Shown in pieces: positions 28,849-37,463 of a stretch of 64,000 nucleotides of DNA. Below the pieces are notes generated by a model, which was not told the origin of the DNA, did no database searches, and was given only the letters and a program-made list of their open reading frames with translations. Within the stretch, counting starts at the first letter, position 1. Every line of letters starts with the position of its first letter. Origin of the DNA: an uncultured Candidatus Saccharibacteria bacterium (lineage in GTDB: Bacteria > Patescibacteriota > Minisyncoccia > Phycocordibacterales > DSPV01). Made by a program: the position numbers and the translations under genes. The stretch covers positions 203,589-267,588 of the forward strand of contig CAZTXT010000001.1 of assembly GCA_964617735.1 (NCBI GenBank), in the 5' to 3' direction.

Positions 28849-28902
28849 TGTTTTGTGTAAGAAAAAGACCTACTCACCATGTGGTTTTCGGTCTTGCTTA
28901 TA

Positions 28903-29250
28903 TCAGCGAATGTATTCGGGTGGAGTCAGGTCCGGAAGTTTGCCGCACCTTTCGCAAAAGATTCCGGTCTCCCCTTGAATGACCGCAGCGCCCTTGCATG
29001 GTCGGTGATAGCACTGACTTGTGTTCATATCTTCGAAGTATCGTTTCTCGTACTCCTCAAAAAAATCGAAGACTTCTTTCGTTTGCTCTGGAGAGAGTTT
29101 CTTCTTGTCCAGACCTTCACGAAGCTGACTTTCAAGCTGTTCCCTCGTTGCTGGGGAGGGCAGTTCTCCTTCCCAAGCAGGAGGAAACTTTATGTTTACA
29201 TCCCGTATAAGTAGATCGATTATCGGTCCACCAGGTCTTTCACATCCCAT
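28903..29250 (-). CDS. small Cys-containing hypothetical protein (C-terminal CxxC zinc-ribbon-like)
   Basis: C-terminal QCYHRPCKG...FCERCGKLP. Confidence 0.5.
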   Translation of the reverse strand: MGCERPGGPIIDLLIRDVNIKFPPAWEGELPSPATREQLESQLREGLDKKKLSPEQTKEVFDFFEEYEKRYFEDMNTSQCYHRPCKGAAVIQGETGIFCERCGKLPDLTPPEYIR

Positions 29251-29375
29251 AATATATCCTTTTGTTGAGGTTCTGCTCGAAGATTACACATGCCAGCATA
29301 AAATTGCAAATTCTTTCCAACAATAAAGACTGAGGGAGATTTTATTGTTCCGCATTGCGCATGTTTTTATTTCTA

Positions 29376-29390
29376 TGGAGATGGGCAGAA
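29376..29390 (+). repeat. direct repeat of the tmRNA 3' terminus (TGGAGATGGGCAGAA)
   Basis: matches 15/16 with TGGAGATGGGCGGAAT at 29579..29594 (complement of the ssrA 3' end), ~200 bp away. Confidence 0.55.
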
Positions 29391-29579
29391 GTTACGCGGA
29401 TCGGCTACAAGTTTTACCTTGCCGTCGCTCGGTAAACTTGCAGCCCACCCCTCGCGATTTTTTCTGCTGAAAAAATATCGCTGCGGTCTTCGATTCCGCA
29501 CGTGAGCGAAACCCTTCGCTCACTCCACTCCAATTAAGAAAAATCGCCCGCCATGACTGGCGAGCTGATTTTTCAAAAT

Positions 29580-29971
29580 TGGAGATGGGCGGAATCGAAC
29601 CGCCGTGCAAAGGGTGAATTGGGGAAAGTCTACACGATGTAGTCGGTCTTTTGTTTTCGGCGCTCGTACTATAAGAGCGACAGAACATACGAGAGCTTAT
29701 TCTCTATGGTTCGGATGTGAACCGAGAAGGGAGCACGTCCTAGCCCGAAAATATCATGCCCCGCGATGCGATTCAGGCGAGCGCACCGGGAACACGTTTA
29801 CGTATTATGCGTAAACGAAGGCGAGGTCCTTCGCTCCGAAATACGGAGAAACGATGGCCTTTGCCTTTGCAACTGCGTTTTTGGCAGTTATGGTTTCCAG
29901 CAGTTTATGGAGTTACTGGAGCTCCATCGCGCATTCCAAAAGACATTCCTTTGTCTATGCCGTTCATCCCC
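29580..29971 (-). ncRNA. ssrA: tmRNA (ssrA), ~392 nt, CCA not encoded
   Basis: 5' GGGGAUGAACGGCAUAGAC pairs with 3' ...GGCGGUUCGAUUCCGCCCAUCUCCA (T-arm plus acceptor); tag ORF ends at a UAA inside a CGUUUACG/CGUAAACG hairpin loop; directly downstream of smpB; terminator hairpin follows. Confidence 0.8.
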
Positions 29972-29982
29972 CTATGAAAATA

Positions 29983-30429
29983 TCAACGTTCCGTCATTTC
30001 CCGTTGGATATCCCGATCCGCTTCGCGGCGTTTGATGCTCTCGCGTTTGTCGAATTTCTTCTTACCGCGCGCTATCGCGATGCGAACCTTGATAAGGCCG
30101 TCCTTATTGTACAGTGAGATTGGCACTATTGTCAAACCTCGCTGCATCTCGCCGCTGCCGAGCGTCTCAATTTCTTCTTTCGTCAGCAAAAGCCGTCGGC
30201 TGCGGGTGGGTTCGTAGTCGCGCGGCGTGTTGCCCGGCTGGTAGGGAGCGATAGTTGCGCCGACGAGATACGCTTCGCCACCGCGAATAGTGACGTGTGA
30301 GCCGTCGAGAGACGCTTTTCCTTGCCGGATCGCTTTCACTTCAAATCCGAGCAATTCGATACCCGCCTCCAATTCTTGCAGGAGTTCATAGTTAAAACGC
30401 GCTTTTCGGTTGGTGGCGAGGTCAGGCAT
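29983..30429 (-). CDS. smpB: SsrA-binding protein SmpB
   Basis: KARFNYELLQELEAGIEL...GKKKFDKRESIKRREADR. Confidence 0.92.
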   Translation of the reverse strand: MPDLATNRKARFNYELLQELEAGIELLGFEVKAIRQGKASLDGSHVTIRGGEAYLVGATIAPYQPGNTPRDYEPTRSRRLLLTKEEIETLGSGEMQRGLTIVPISLYNKDGLIKVRIAIARGKKKFDKRESIKRREADRDIQREMTER

Positions 30430-30537
30430 GGCGTTATGGTAGCAAATCCCGGCATGATTGACTAACTAATGTTTGCATGATATCTTTTGCTTCAGATAAG
30501 TTCCTCAACGAAACCACCAAAAAACAGAAAGGAAAGC

Positions 30538-30846
30538 ATGATGTACTCTACCATCGTCATCGCCGCGGTTGTCGCGTATGCGGCGAAGTTCGGAATAAGC
30601 ATGTTCAAGCATCGCAAGCGACCTTGCGAATTCTGCGGGCACGCGTTCCTCTGGAGATTTCCGGAGATGCGCCGGCCTGACTATCGTCCTCCCATAGGGA
30701 ACCGGTTTCTGTGCACCATGTACCGAAGGTGCCTCAACCCCTTCTGTACGGCCTTCTTGCGGAAGGAAGAGGGAAGAAGTTTTGTAAAGGAGTTCAATGA
30801 CCTGGAATTGTTTTGGAGGCGTTTGAAGTTCGAGCGGTTTCTATAA
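30538..30846 (+). CDS. small membrane-anchored Cys/Arg-rich protein
   Basis: RBS gaaaggaaag before ATG 30538; TM IVIAAVVAYAAKFGI then CEFCGH...C...C...C. Confidence 0.45.
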   Translation: MMYSTIVIAAVVAYAAKFGISMFKHRKRPCEFCGHAFLWRFPEMRRPDYRPPIGNRFLCTMYRRCLNPFCTAFLRKEEGRSFVKEFNDLELFWRRLKFERFL

Positions 30847-30966
30847 GCGTCTGATTTTGCCCCGGCCAGATCAAGGGAGAGCACATTCCCTCGATCTGGC
30901 CGCTTTTTATTTCCAAAAGTGGGCGTTTGTGTATAATACGGGGGCTCATCCTCTTGAAGTCTTCTT

Positions 30967-32844
30967 ATGGAGCCTAAAAAACCCAAGCTAATCCTGAATC
31001 TTTCGACTGCGCTCATCATCTTTTTGGCGCTTACCCTTTTGTATTCGCTTATCTCGGAAAATCAAACGCCGAGCTCGGAAGTCGCGCTCTCGGAGCTCTC
31101 ATCCGATATCAACGCGGGCAAGGTGACGGAGATTGCGATCAACGGAGACAAGATCGAGATAACGTACCGCGGAGAGACGGAAACTAAAACGGCGCGCAAG
31201 GAAGACAATGTTTCATTAAGCGAGTCGCTGGTGAATTTTGGCGTTGATAAAGCGAAGCTCGGGGCGGTCAAAGTACTCGTGAAAGCGCCTTCAGGTTTTA
31301 CGTTCTGGTTCGTCAATCTTGCACCATTCATACTACCGATGATCTTTATTTTGGTGTTCATATGGTTTTTGACCCGGCAAGTGCGCGGTGCAGGCATGCA
31401 AGCATTCACCTTCGGCCAATCGAAAGCGCGGATGATCGCTCCCGATGACAAACGTCAGCGGGTTACCTTCAAGGACGTTGCGGGGGTCAAAGAGGCGAAA
31501 GAGGAGCTCACCGAAGTGGTTGATTTTCTCAAGAACCCCCGGAAATTCTTTGAGATCGGCGCACGCATCCCCAAAGGAATACTCCTGATGGGTGCGCCCG
31601 GAACGGGAAAGACGCTCTTGGCACGCGCAGTTGCGGGCGAGGCGGGAGTCTCATTCTTCTCGATCTCGGGTTCCGAATTCGTCGAGATGTTCGTCGGTGT
31701 CGGCGCATCGCGCGTCCGCGATCTCTTTAAACTCGCGAAGCAAGTCTCTCCCGCCATCATCTTTATGGACGAGATAGACGCCGTCGGCCGGGTGCGTGGT
31801 ACCGGAGTGGGTGGCGGCAATGATGAGCGTGAGCAGACCCTCAACCAAATACTCGTCGAGCTCGACGGCTTCGAGCCCACTGAAAAAGTCATCGTCATGG
31901 CCGCGACGAATCGTCCCGATGTGCTCGATCCGGCGCTTCTGCGACCCGGGCGATTCGACCGACGCGTCGTGCTCGATCTTCCCGACCGGGGCGATCGCGA
32001 AGAGATTCTCAAGATACACTCGCGTCAAAAGCCGTTCGCCGAGGATGTCAATCTCTCCGTCATTGCGGAGCGTACCCCCGGATTTTCGGGTGCTGATCTC
32101 TATTCGTTGATGAATGAGGGAGCGATACTCGCCGCTCGTGAAAATCGGACGAAAGTGTCGCAGTACGATCTCATCCGCGCGATCGAGAAGGTCATGCTCG
32201 GGCCCGAGCGCAAGAGTCACCTGCTCTCCAAGAAAGAAAAAGAGATCACTGCCTATCATGAAGCAGGGCACGCGCTTGTCGCTTCGGTCCTGCCCTACGC
32301 CGACCCCGTACACAAAGTCTCGATCATCTCCCGCGGCAGAGCCGCGGGCTACACGCTCAAGCTTCCGCTTGAAGATCGCAAACTCCAATCACGAAAGGAA
32401 TTTCTCGATGACATTGCGGTGAGCCTCGGTGGCTACGTCGCGGAGGAATTGGTTTTCGGGGATGTGACGACCGGTCCTGCAAACGATCTACAGGTGCTGA
32501 CCGCGCTTGCGCGCGACATGGTCACCAAATATGGCATGTCCGAGAAAGTCGGGCCGGTTGCCCTTGAAACGGCGGGAGGAGTGCCTTTGTATGGGAAAGG
32601 AACATGGAGCGAGAAAGAATACTCGGAGCGGGTGAGCGCCGAGATCGATGCCGAAGTGTCGTCGCTTATCGCCAGTGCGATGAAAAAAGCGAAAGACATC
32701 GTTACGGGACAGAGAAAAGCGCTCGACTCAATCGCCGCAAAACTCATCGAAGTGGAGACCATCGAGCGGGAGGATTTTGAGACACTGCTGATCGCAAACG
32801 GCATCATGCCGAAGAAAAAGGGTAGTATCGAGCATCAGGCATAG
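30967..32844 (+). CDS. ftsH: ATP-dependent zinc metalloprotease FtsH
   Basis: Walker [25 protein letters not shown] zinc motif, two N-terminal TM helices. Confidence 0.95.
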   Translation: MEPKKPKLILNLSTALIIFLALTLLYSLISENQTPSSEVALSELSSDINAGKVTEIAINGDKIEITYRGETETKTARKEDNVSLSESLVNFGVDKAKLGAVKVLVKAPSGFTFWFVNLAPFILPMIFILVFIWFLTRQVRGAGMQAFTFGQSKARMIAPDDKRQRVTFKDVAGVKEAKEELTEVVDFLKNPRKFFEIGARIPKGILLMGAPGTGKTLLARAVAGEAGVSFFSISGSEFVEMFVGVGASRVRDLFKLAKQVSPAIIFMDEIDAVGRVRGTGVGGGNDEREQTLNQILVELDGFEPTEKVIVMAATNRPDVLDPALLRPGRFDRRVVLDLPDRGDREEILKIHSRQKPFAEDVNLSVIAERTPGFSGADLYSLMNEGAILAARENRTKVSQYDLIRAIEKVMLGPERKSHLLSKKEKEITAYHEAGHALVASVLPYADPVHKVSIISRGRAAGYTLKLPLEDRKLQSRKEFLDDIAVSLGGYVAEELVFGDVTTGPANDLQVLTALARDMVTKYGMSEKVGPVALETAGGVPLYGKGTWSEKEYSERVSAEIDAEVSSLIASAMKKAKDIVTGQRKALDSIAAKLIEVETIEREDFETLLIANGIMPKKKGSIEHQA

Positions 32845-32919
32845 AGCCGAGTGGTCGAGCCGTCTTTTCTTTTCTCCTAGGTTTATTACACTTGAGGTGC
32901 GCAGGAACCTTTTCTGCAA

Positions 32920-32993
32920 CCGCCCTTAGCTCAGCTGGTTAGAGCAACGAGCTTATACCTCGTAGGTCCTTGGTTCGAATCCAAGAGGGCGGA
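32920..32993 (+). tRNA. tRNA-Ile (anticodon UAU), no encoded CCA
   Basis: cloverleaf: acceptor CCGCCCT/AGGGCGG, D arm GCTC-AGCTGGTTA-GAGC, anticodon stem ACGAG/CTCGT with loop CTTATAC, T arm CTTGG-TTCGAAT-CCAAG. Confidence 0.85.
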
Positions 32994-33142
32994 ATATAGA
33001 GCGAAGCGAAATATTCCGCCCTAGCACGCAAATCATTTTGCGTGCGGCTGGATTCGAACAGCGGAGCGATGTTTGCCTCTTCGGCAAACCGCGAGCTGGT
33101 GCCCAGGCCAAAGCGAGCGACGGCGAGCTTTGAGTCGCGGGC

Positions 33143-33159
33143 GAATCCAAGAGGGCGGA
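33143..33159 (+). repeat. direct repeat 1 of the tRNA-Ile 3' end (GAATCCAAGAGGGCGGA)
   Basis: 17/17 identity to 32977..32993. Confidence 0.6.
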
Positions 33160-33316
33160 TACGCGTTAAGAAAATCCAAACCGCTTTGGATTTTTAGCGT
33201 ATCCGAGCCGCAGCATCCGCCTCAGGCGGAGCGAGGCGGGGTCGCGAACACTTGGGCTTTTGGAATTTCTCGATTCCAAAAGACTTAGTGATTCGTGACG
33301 ACACTTAGCAAAGCCG

Positions 33317-33333
33317 ATCCAAGAGGGCGGAAT
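33317..33333 (+). repeat. direct repeat 2 of the tRNA-Ile 3' end (ATCCAAGAGGGCGGAAT)
   Basis: 17/17 identity to 32979..32995. Confidence 0.6.
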
Positions 33334-33391
33334 CTTTTGAATACCCACCCTTTTCCGATGCAATTTCATTTGCGGAGGGTATAATATCTCT

Positions 33392-34507
33392 ATGCGAAAA
33401 ATGCGCAAAGGTTTCTCCCTCATCGAGCTCTTGACGGTCATTTCGATCATCACGCTGTTGGCCAGTATTTTCTTCGCGGTGACCGCTTCCTCGTATCGCA
33501 AGGGCAGGGATGCAAAGCGTATCGAACAGGTTCACCAGATAGACCTCGCAGTCCAGCATTACAAGGCGGACAATAATGGGAACGCTCCCACGCTCCAAAG
33601 CACCTGTGGAGCAGACAAGTCCTACGCCGCTTCATGTGTCGCGGTTTCAAGTGCCGCTCCGAATACCGCCGAAGCAGCCGGATGGACCAAATTCAAAAGC
33701 GATATCCAGCCCTACATGCCTGCAGTCCCCGACGATCCCTGCGGTTCAAGTTGCACGAGCGCTTCCGGTGGCCCCGTCGGCTACACGTACGTCTCACCCG
33801 CGGCGATGAACTATCTCTGCGGTAATTTCTGCGATACGACCGGTGCCAGCCTGGCTGATTCGTATCAATTGTACGCGACACTCGAAGCGACTTCGACCCC
33901 TTCCGGGAGTTCGAGTTTCGGTTCGTTCTTCTTCCCCTCAAGTTCCGCTCCGACCATCACCTTCTCGGCAAACCCCACTTCGGTGAGCGCCAACGGACAT
34001 ACGCTGCTGACGTGGTCGACTGCCAATGCAACCTCGTGCACGGGGAGCGGCTCCGGCAGTGTGGGCTCCTGGCCAGGTTCCAAGACTTTGTCGGGAAGTC
34101 TTGACCCTGGCGCGATTCAAACCACAACGACCTTTACCCTCAACTGCAACGGTTCGGGTGGTTCGACGAGCCAGAGTGTGGTGGTGATCAGTGGCAGTGC
34201 TCCTCCGGTCTTGAACTTCTCTGCAGATCCGACTGCCATCATAGCAGGAGAGAGTAGCACGTTGACGTGGACCACCTCGGGTGCGACCCCCCCGTGCGGG
34301 ATTTCAGGCACACTAGAAGTAGGAGCAGGCCCATTCCCAGGCCTCCCCCTACTTGTATCTGCATCAGGCAGTACCCGTGTAACTCCAGGGGTCGGAGCTT
34401 TTCAGCCGGATACCGCGACGTATACCCTTTCCTGTACTGGTCCCGGGGGCAATTCGAGTCAAAGCGTTTCCATAACCGTTACTCCCTTTACCCCATCCCC
34501 ACCGTAA
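33392..34507 (+). CDS. large type IV pilin-like protein with two C-terminal Cys-containing beta-repeat domains
   Basis: MRKMRKGFSLIELLTVISIITLLASIFFAV prepilin N-terminus; Ser/Thr/Gly-rich; repeats ending ...Y(T)L(S/N)C(T/N)G(P/S)GG.S.QSV. Confidence 0.75.
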   Translation: MRKMRKGFSLIELLTVISIITLLASIFFAVTASSYRKGRDAKRIEQVHQIDLAVQHYKADNNGNAPTLQSTCGADKSYAASCVAVSSAAPNTAEAAGWTKFKSDIQPYMPAVPDDPCGSSCTSASGGPVGYTYVSPAAMNYLCGNFCDTTGASLADSYQLYATLEATSTPSGSSSFGSFFFPSSSAPTITFSANPTSVSANGHTLLTWSTANATSCTGSGSGSVGSWPGSKTLSGSLDPGAIQTTTTFTLNCNGSGGSTSQSVVVISGSAPPVLNFSADPTAIIAGESSTLTWTTSGATPPCGISGTLEVGAGPFPGLPLLVSASGSTRVTPGVGAFQPDTATYTLSCTGPGGNSSQSVSITVTPFTPSPP

Positions 34508-34525
34508 TTCTTTAGCGCGAGCCTT

Positions 34526-36676
34526 TTATTCAAAGTGTATCTCTTTTTTCAGGGCGAGCTTTTCTTTTAAGAGCGGGTGCCCTGTTAATTCTGGATCGGA
34601 TTCGATGATGAGTCCCGCTTCAGTCCGAGCCGCCTCCACCATTTTGATATTTTTCAGCGCTTCCATCGCGATATCGGAGACACCCCATTGCTCCCGGCCG
34701 GAGAGCGTGCCCGCGCCACGAAACTCGAGGTCTCGTTCCGCCAGTTCGAATCCGTTTTTCGCGGTCTGGAGCGCTTTCAGTCGCTCCGCAGAATTTTTTG
34801 ATTTGGTATCCGTGAATACGTAACAGTAGGCCTGGTGCGCCGAACGGACTACGCGGCCGCGCAGCTGGTGCAGCTGCGCGAGGCCGAACCGCTCGGCTCC
34901 TTCGATGATCATGACGGTCGCGTTCGGGACGTTGACCCCAACTTCGACCACCGAGGTTGAGACCAATATGCGGATTGCGCCGCTTTTGAAGGATTCCATG
35001 ACGCGCTCTTTTTCATCGGATTTCATTTTGCTGTGCATGACGCCGATCGTATATTCTGGGAACACTTCTTTTTTGAGGCGGGCCGCTTCTTCTTTCACCG
35101 ATTTTGCCTGCAGCGCGAGCTCTTTCGCTGGGTCCGGCTCATCAATGCGCGGGCAGATGACATATGCCTGTCGTCCCGCTGACAGCTCTGTGTGTGCTCG
35201 CTCGTACACTGCCGCGCGCCCATCGGGCGCGACGACTTCGGTGATGACGGTTTTTCTCCCCGGCGGCATCTCATCGAGAAGGGTGAGATCGAGATCGCCG
35301 TATATGGTGAGTGCCAGCGTCCGGGGAATGGGAGTCGCGGTCATGGACAAGAGATGGGGGGTCACGCCCTCTTTGGTGATGAGCGCTCGGCGCTGGTTCA
35401 CTCCGAAACGGTGCTGCTCGTCGATTATTGCGAATGCGAGATGTTTGAAGCGCACCGTCTTTTGTATCAGCGCATGCGTGCCGACGAGAATGGGTATCTC
35501 GCCGTTCTCGACCCACTTGAGGAGCTGGGCTCGGGATATGTCCGTTGCCGTGCTCGGGTCTACCTTTGAGGGGAATTTCTGACAGCCGCTTGCGGTAATG
35601 AGACCGACTTGGATACCCAGATGCCGGGAGTATTGGATGAATGACTCGAATTGCTGTCGCGCCAAGACCTCGGTCGGCGCCATATATGCCACCTGCAGAT
35701 TGCCGAAATCTTGTCCCTTGGGTCTCGAAATCATTGTCGCATAGGCGCTCGCCGCGGCGACGAAAGTCTTTCCCGACCCGACGTCTCCCTCCAAGAGTCG
35801 CGCCATCGGATGGCCTTTTTTGAGATCGGAGAGTATCGCGTCGATCGCGCGCTGTTGCGCTAGGGTCGCGGTGAATGGGAAACGGCGCATGAATTCGTTG
35901 ATCTCATTGCGCGACGGGGCGATCGAAAACGCAGGCTCGCTAGAGATTGCTTTGCGTGCGCGCTGTTTTTCGAGCTGTATGGTGAAGACTTCCTCGAAGG
36001 CAAAGCGTTTGCGTGCCGCCATCGCGTCGTTTTCGTTCTGCGGCGCGTGGATCCAGATGAGTGCGGTTTTGAGGTTGGGCAGATGGTATTTCTCGCGCAG
36101 TTCGTTCGGTAGGGGATCGGTCAGCTCGTCGAGCACTCCGGCGCGAATGGTTTTTTGCACTGCATGGTAGAGCCAATTTGAGGTAACCCCGCGCGTCTCG
36201 GGATAGATCGGATGGAGCGCATGAGTTTGGGGCGTCCCCGTAAAGAGGCTGTCCGAGGCGTTGGGGATTTTCTCGATCCGTTCGATCTTCGGGTTTGAAA
36301 AGTAGCGTGAGCCTTTGCGTTCGCTGATCTTTCCTTCCAGTCGCACCAAACTTCCCTCACTGATCATCTTGGCGATGTAGGGCTGGTGGAACCACACGAC
36401 CTTTATCGCCCCGGTATCATCGGCAAACGAGGCTTCCGCCATCGGGATTTTCTTGCGAAATGCCTTAAGGGTCTTTAAGCCGTGGATGCGTCCGTAGGCG
36501 ACCGCTTCCATTCCCGCTTCGAGTGTGGAAACACTCTGCGTGGCGGAGGGGGTCTCGTAGCGGGCAGGGAAGTGCGAAAGCAGATCTCGGGCGCTCTCGA
36601 TTCCCAGGCGCTTGAGCGCTTTTTTCTGCGCATCGCGTATCGGTATGATGTTTTCAAGAGGAGTTTCGGCCTGCAT
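34526..36676 (-). CDS. recG: ATP-dependent DNA helicase RecG
   Basis: wedge domain, GDVGSGKT, DEQHRFGV, TATPIPRTLA, QLHQLRGRVVR; start at ATG 36676 (MQAETP) rather than the ORF call at 36736. Confidence 0.9.
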   Translation of the reverse strand: MQAETPLENIIPIRDAQKKALKRLGIESARDLLSHFPARYETPSATQSVSTLEAGMEAVAYGRIHGLKTLKAFRKKIPMAEASFADDTGAIKVVWFHQPYIAKMISEGSLVRLEGKISERKGSRYFSNPKIERIEKIPNASDSLFTGTPQTHALHPIYPETRGVTSNWLYHAVQKTIRAGVLDELTDPLPNELREKYHLPNLKTALIWIHAPQNENDAMAARKRFAFEEVFTIQLEKQRARKAISSEPAFSIAPSRNEINEFMRRFPFTATLAQQRAIDAILSDLKKGHPMARLLEGDVGSGKTFVAAASAYATMISRPKGQDFGNLQVAYMAPTEVLARQQFESFIQYSRHLGIQVGLITASGCQKFPSKVDPSTATDISRAQLLKWVENGEIPILVGTHALIQKTVRFKHLAFAIIDEQHRFGVNQRRALITKEGVTPHLLSMTATPIPRTLALTIYGDLDLTLLDEMPPGRKTVITEVVAPDGRAAVYERAHTELSAGRQAYVICPRIDEPDPAKELALQAKSVKEEAARLKKEVFPEYTIGVMHSKMKSDEKERVMESFKSGAIRILVSTSVVEVGVNVPNATVMIIEGAERFGLAQLHQLRGRVVRSAHQAYCYVFTDTKSKNSAERLKALQTAKNGFELAERDLEFRGAGTLSGREQWGVSDIAMEALKNIKMVEAARTEAGLIIESDPELTGHPLLKEKLALKKEIHFE

Positions 36677-36715
36677 ACTTCGATATTGTAAAGGGAAACT
36701 AGGGATTTCCAGTGA

Positions 36716-36743
36716 TTGACAAAATCGTAAAATCATGTACTAT
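36716..36743 (+). promoter_or_regulatory. sigma70-like promoter (TTGACA-16-TACTAT) for gene 36806
   Basis: consensus -35, good -10, followed by RBS aaaggaaag. Confidence 0.4.
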
Positions 36744-36805
36744 ATCTTTCGTACGTACTTTGCAATTCAACTTCATACCATAAACACCTAAACGAAAGGA
36801 AAGCT

Positions 36806-37387
36806 ATGCTGCATTTGTCCTCCACGGACAGAGATCAGATCAAACAAGCTCGAGAGGCCGGCGCTCTCAAGGAGATCCAGCATCATCGGATCGAAGATCC
36901 TGCCGGAACCATATTTGTAGCGTGTCCCGATGGCGACCAGTTTCGGGATGTCTACGGACATCATTGCACGCTCTGCGCGATTGAGCGGCACCATCCGCTT
37001 TCGCTCAACGGCGGAGCTTTGCTTCTGTCGCGGCATTCGCCGATCCTGTGCGCCAAGAAAGACGGTGCGGTGTTCCTGCGGCATGTGAAAGCCGCTTCAA
37101 GGCTCAAGGGCATGCGGACGGTCGTGCTTTACGTTCATGCGCCGTGCGGCGTCGCGTACGGAAGCAAACTCGACTTTTGGGAAGTTCTTCGGCTGCTGGT
37201 CGAAGCCAAGTTGAGGCTTCGCCACCAGCGAGGTTTGCGCAAGCTCAAGATCGCCTGTTTCGTGCATGTGGATTACAACGGCAACGCGCTTGCGGCCGGA
37301 ATAAAAAAGCGGACCTACTTCGTCGACCGAGCCGTCGCATCGGAGTTCCTCAAGACGCAGGGCAGAGAAGTCAGAATTAGAGTTTGA
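36806..37387 (+). CDS. hypothetical His/Cys-rich protein (193 aa)
   Basis: good RBS; several conserved-looking H/C clusters (HHCTLCAIERHH, HAPCG); no family recognised. Confidence 0.55.
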   Translation: MLHLSSTDRDQIKQAREAGALKEIQHHRIEDPAGTIFVACPDGDQFRDVYGHHCTLCAIERHHPLSLNGGALLLSRHSPILCAKKDGAVFLRHVKAASRLKGMRTVVLYVHAPCGVAYGSKLDFWEVLRLLVEAKLRLRHQRGLRKLKIACFVHVDYNGNALAAGIKKRTYFVDRAVASEFLKTQGREVRIRV

Positions 37388-37463
37388 GAAGAGATAGTGT
37401 ACAGCGCGCGAACTTTTCAGTTCGCGCGCTTTTTTCTTACCTTATTCCGTGGACTCTTGATCC

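Noticed and set aside
33030-33060. Second tRNA on the minus strand within the first post-tRNA-Ile unit (gctg-ttcgaatc-cagc T-arm-like)
   Set aside because: It is only a 4-bp stem with an 8-nt loop, and no flanking acceptor or anticodon arms. It is treated as a fragment inside the att-scar region.
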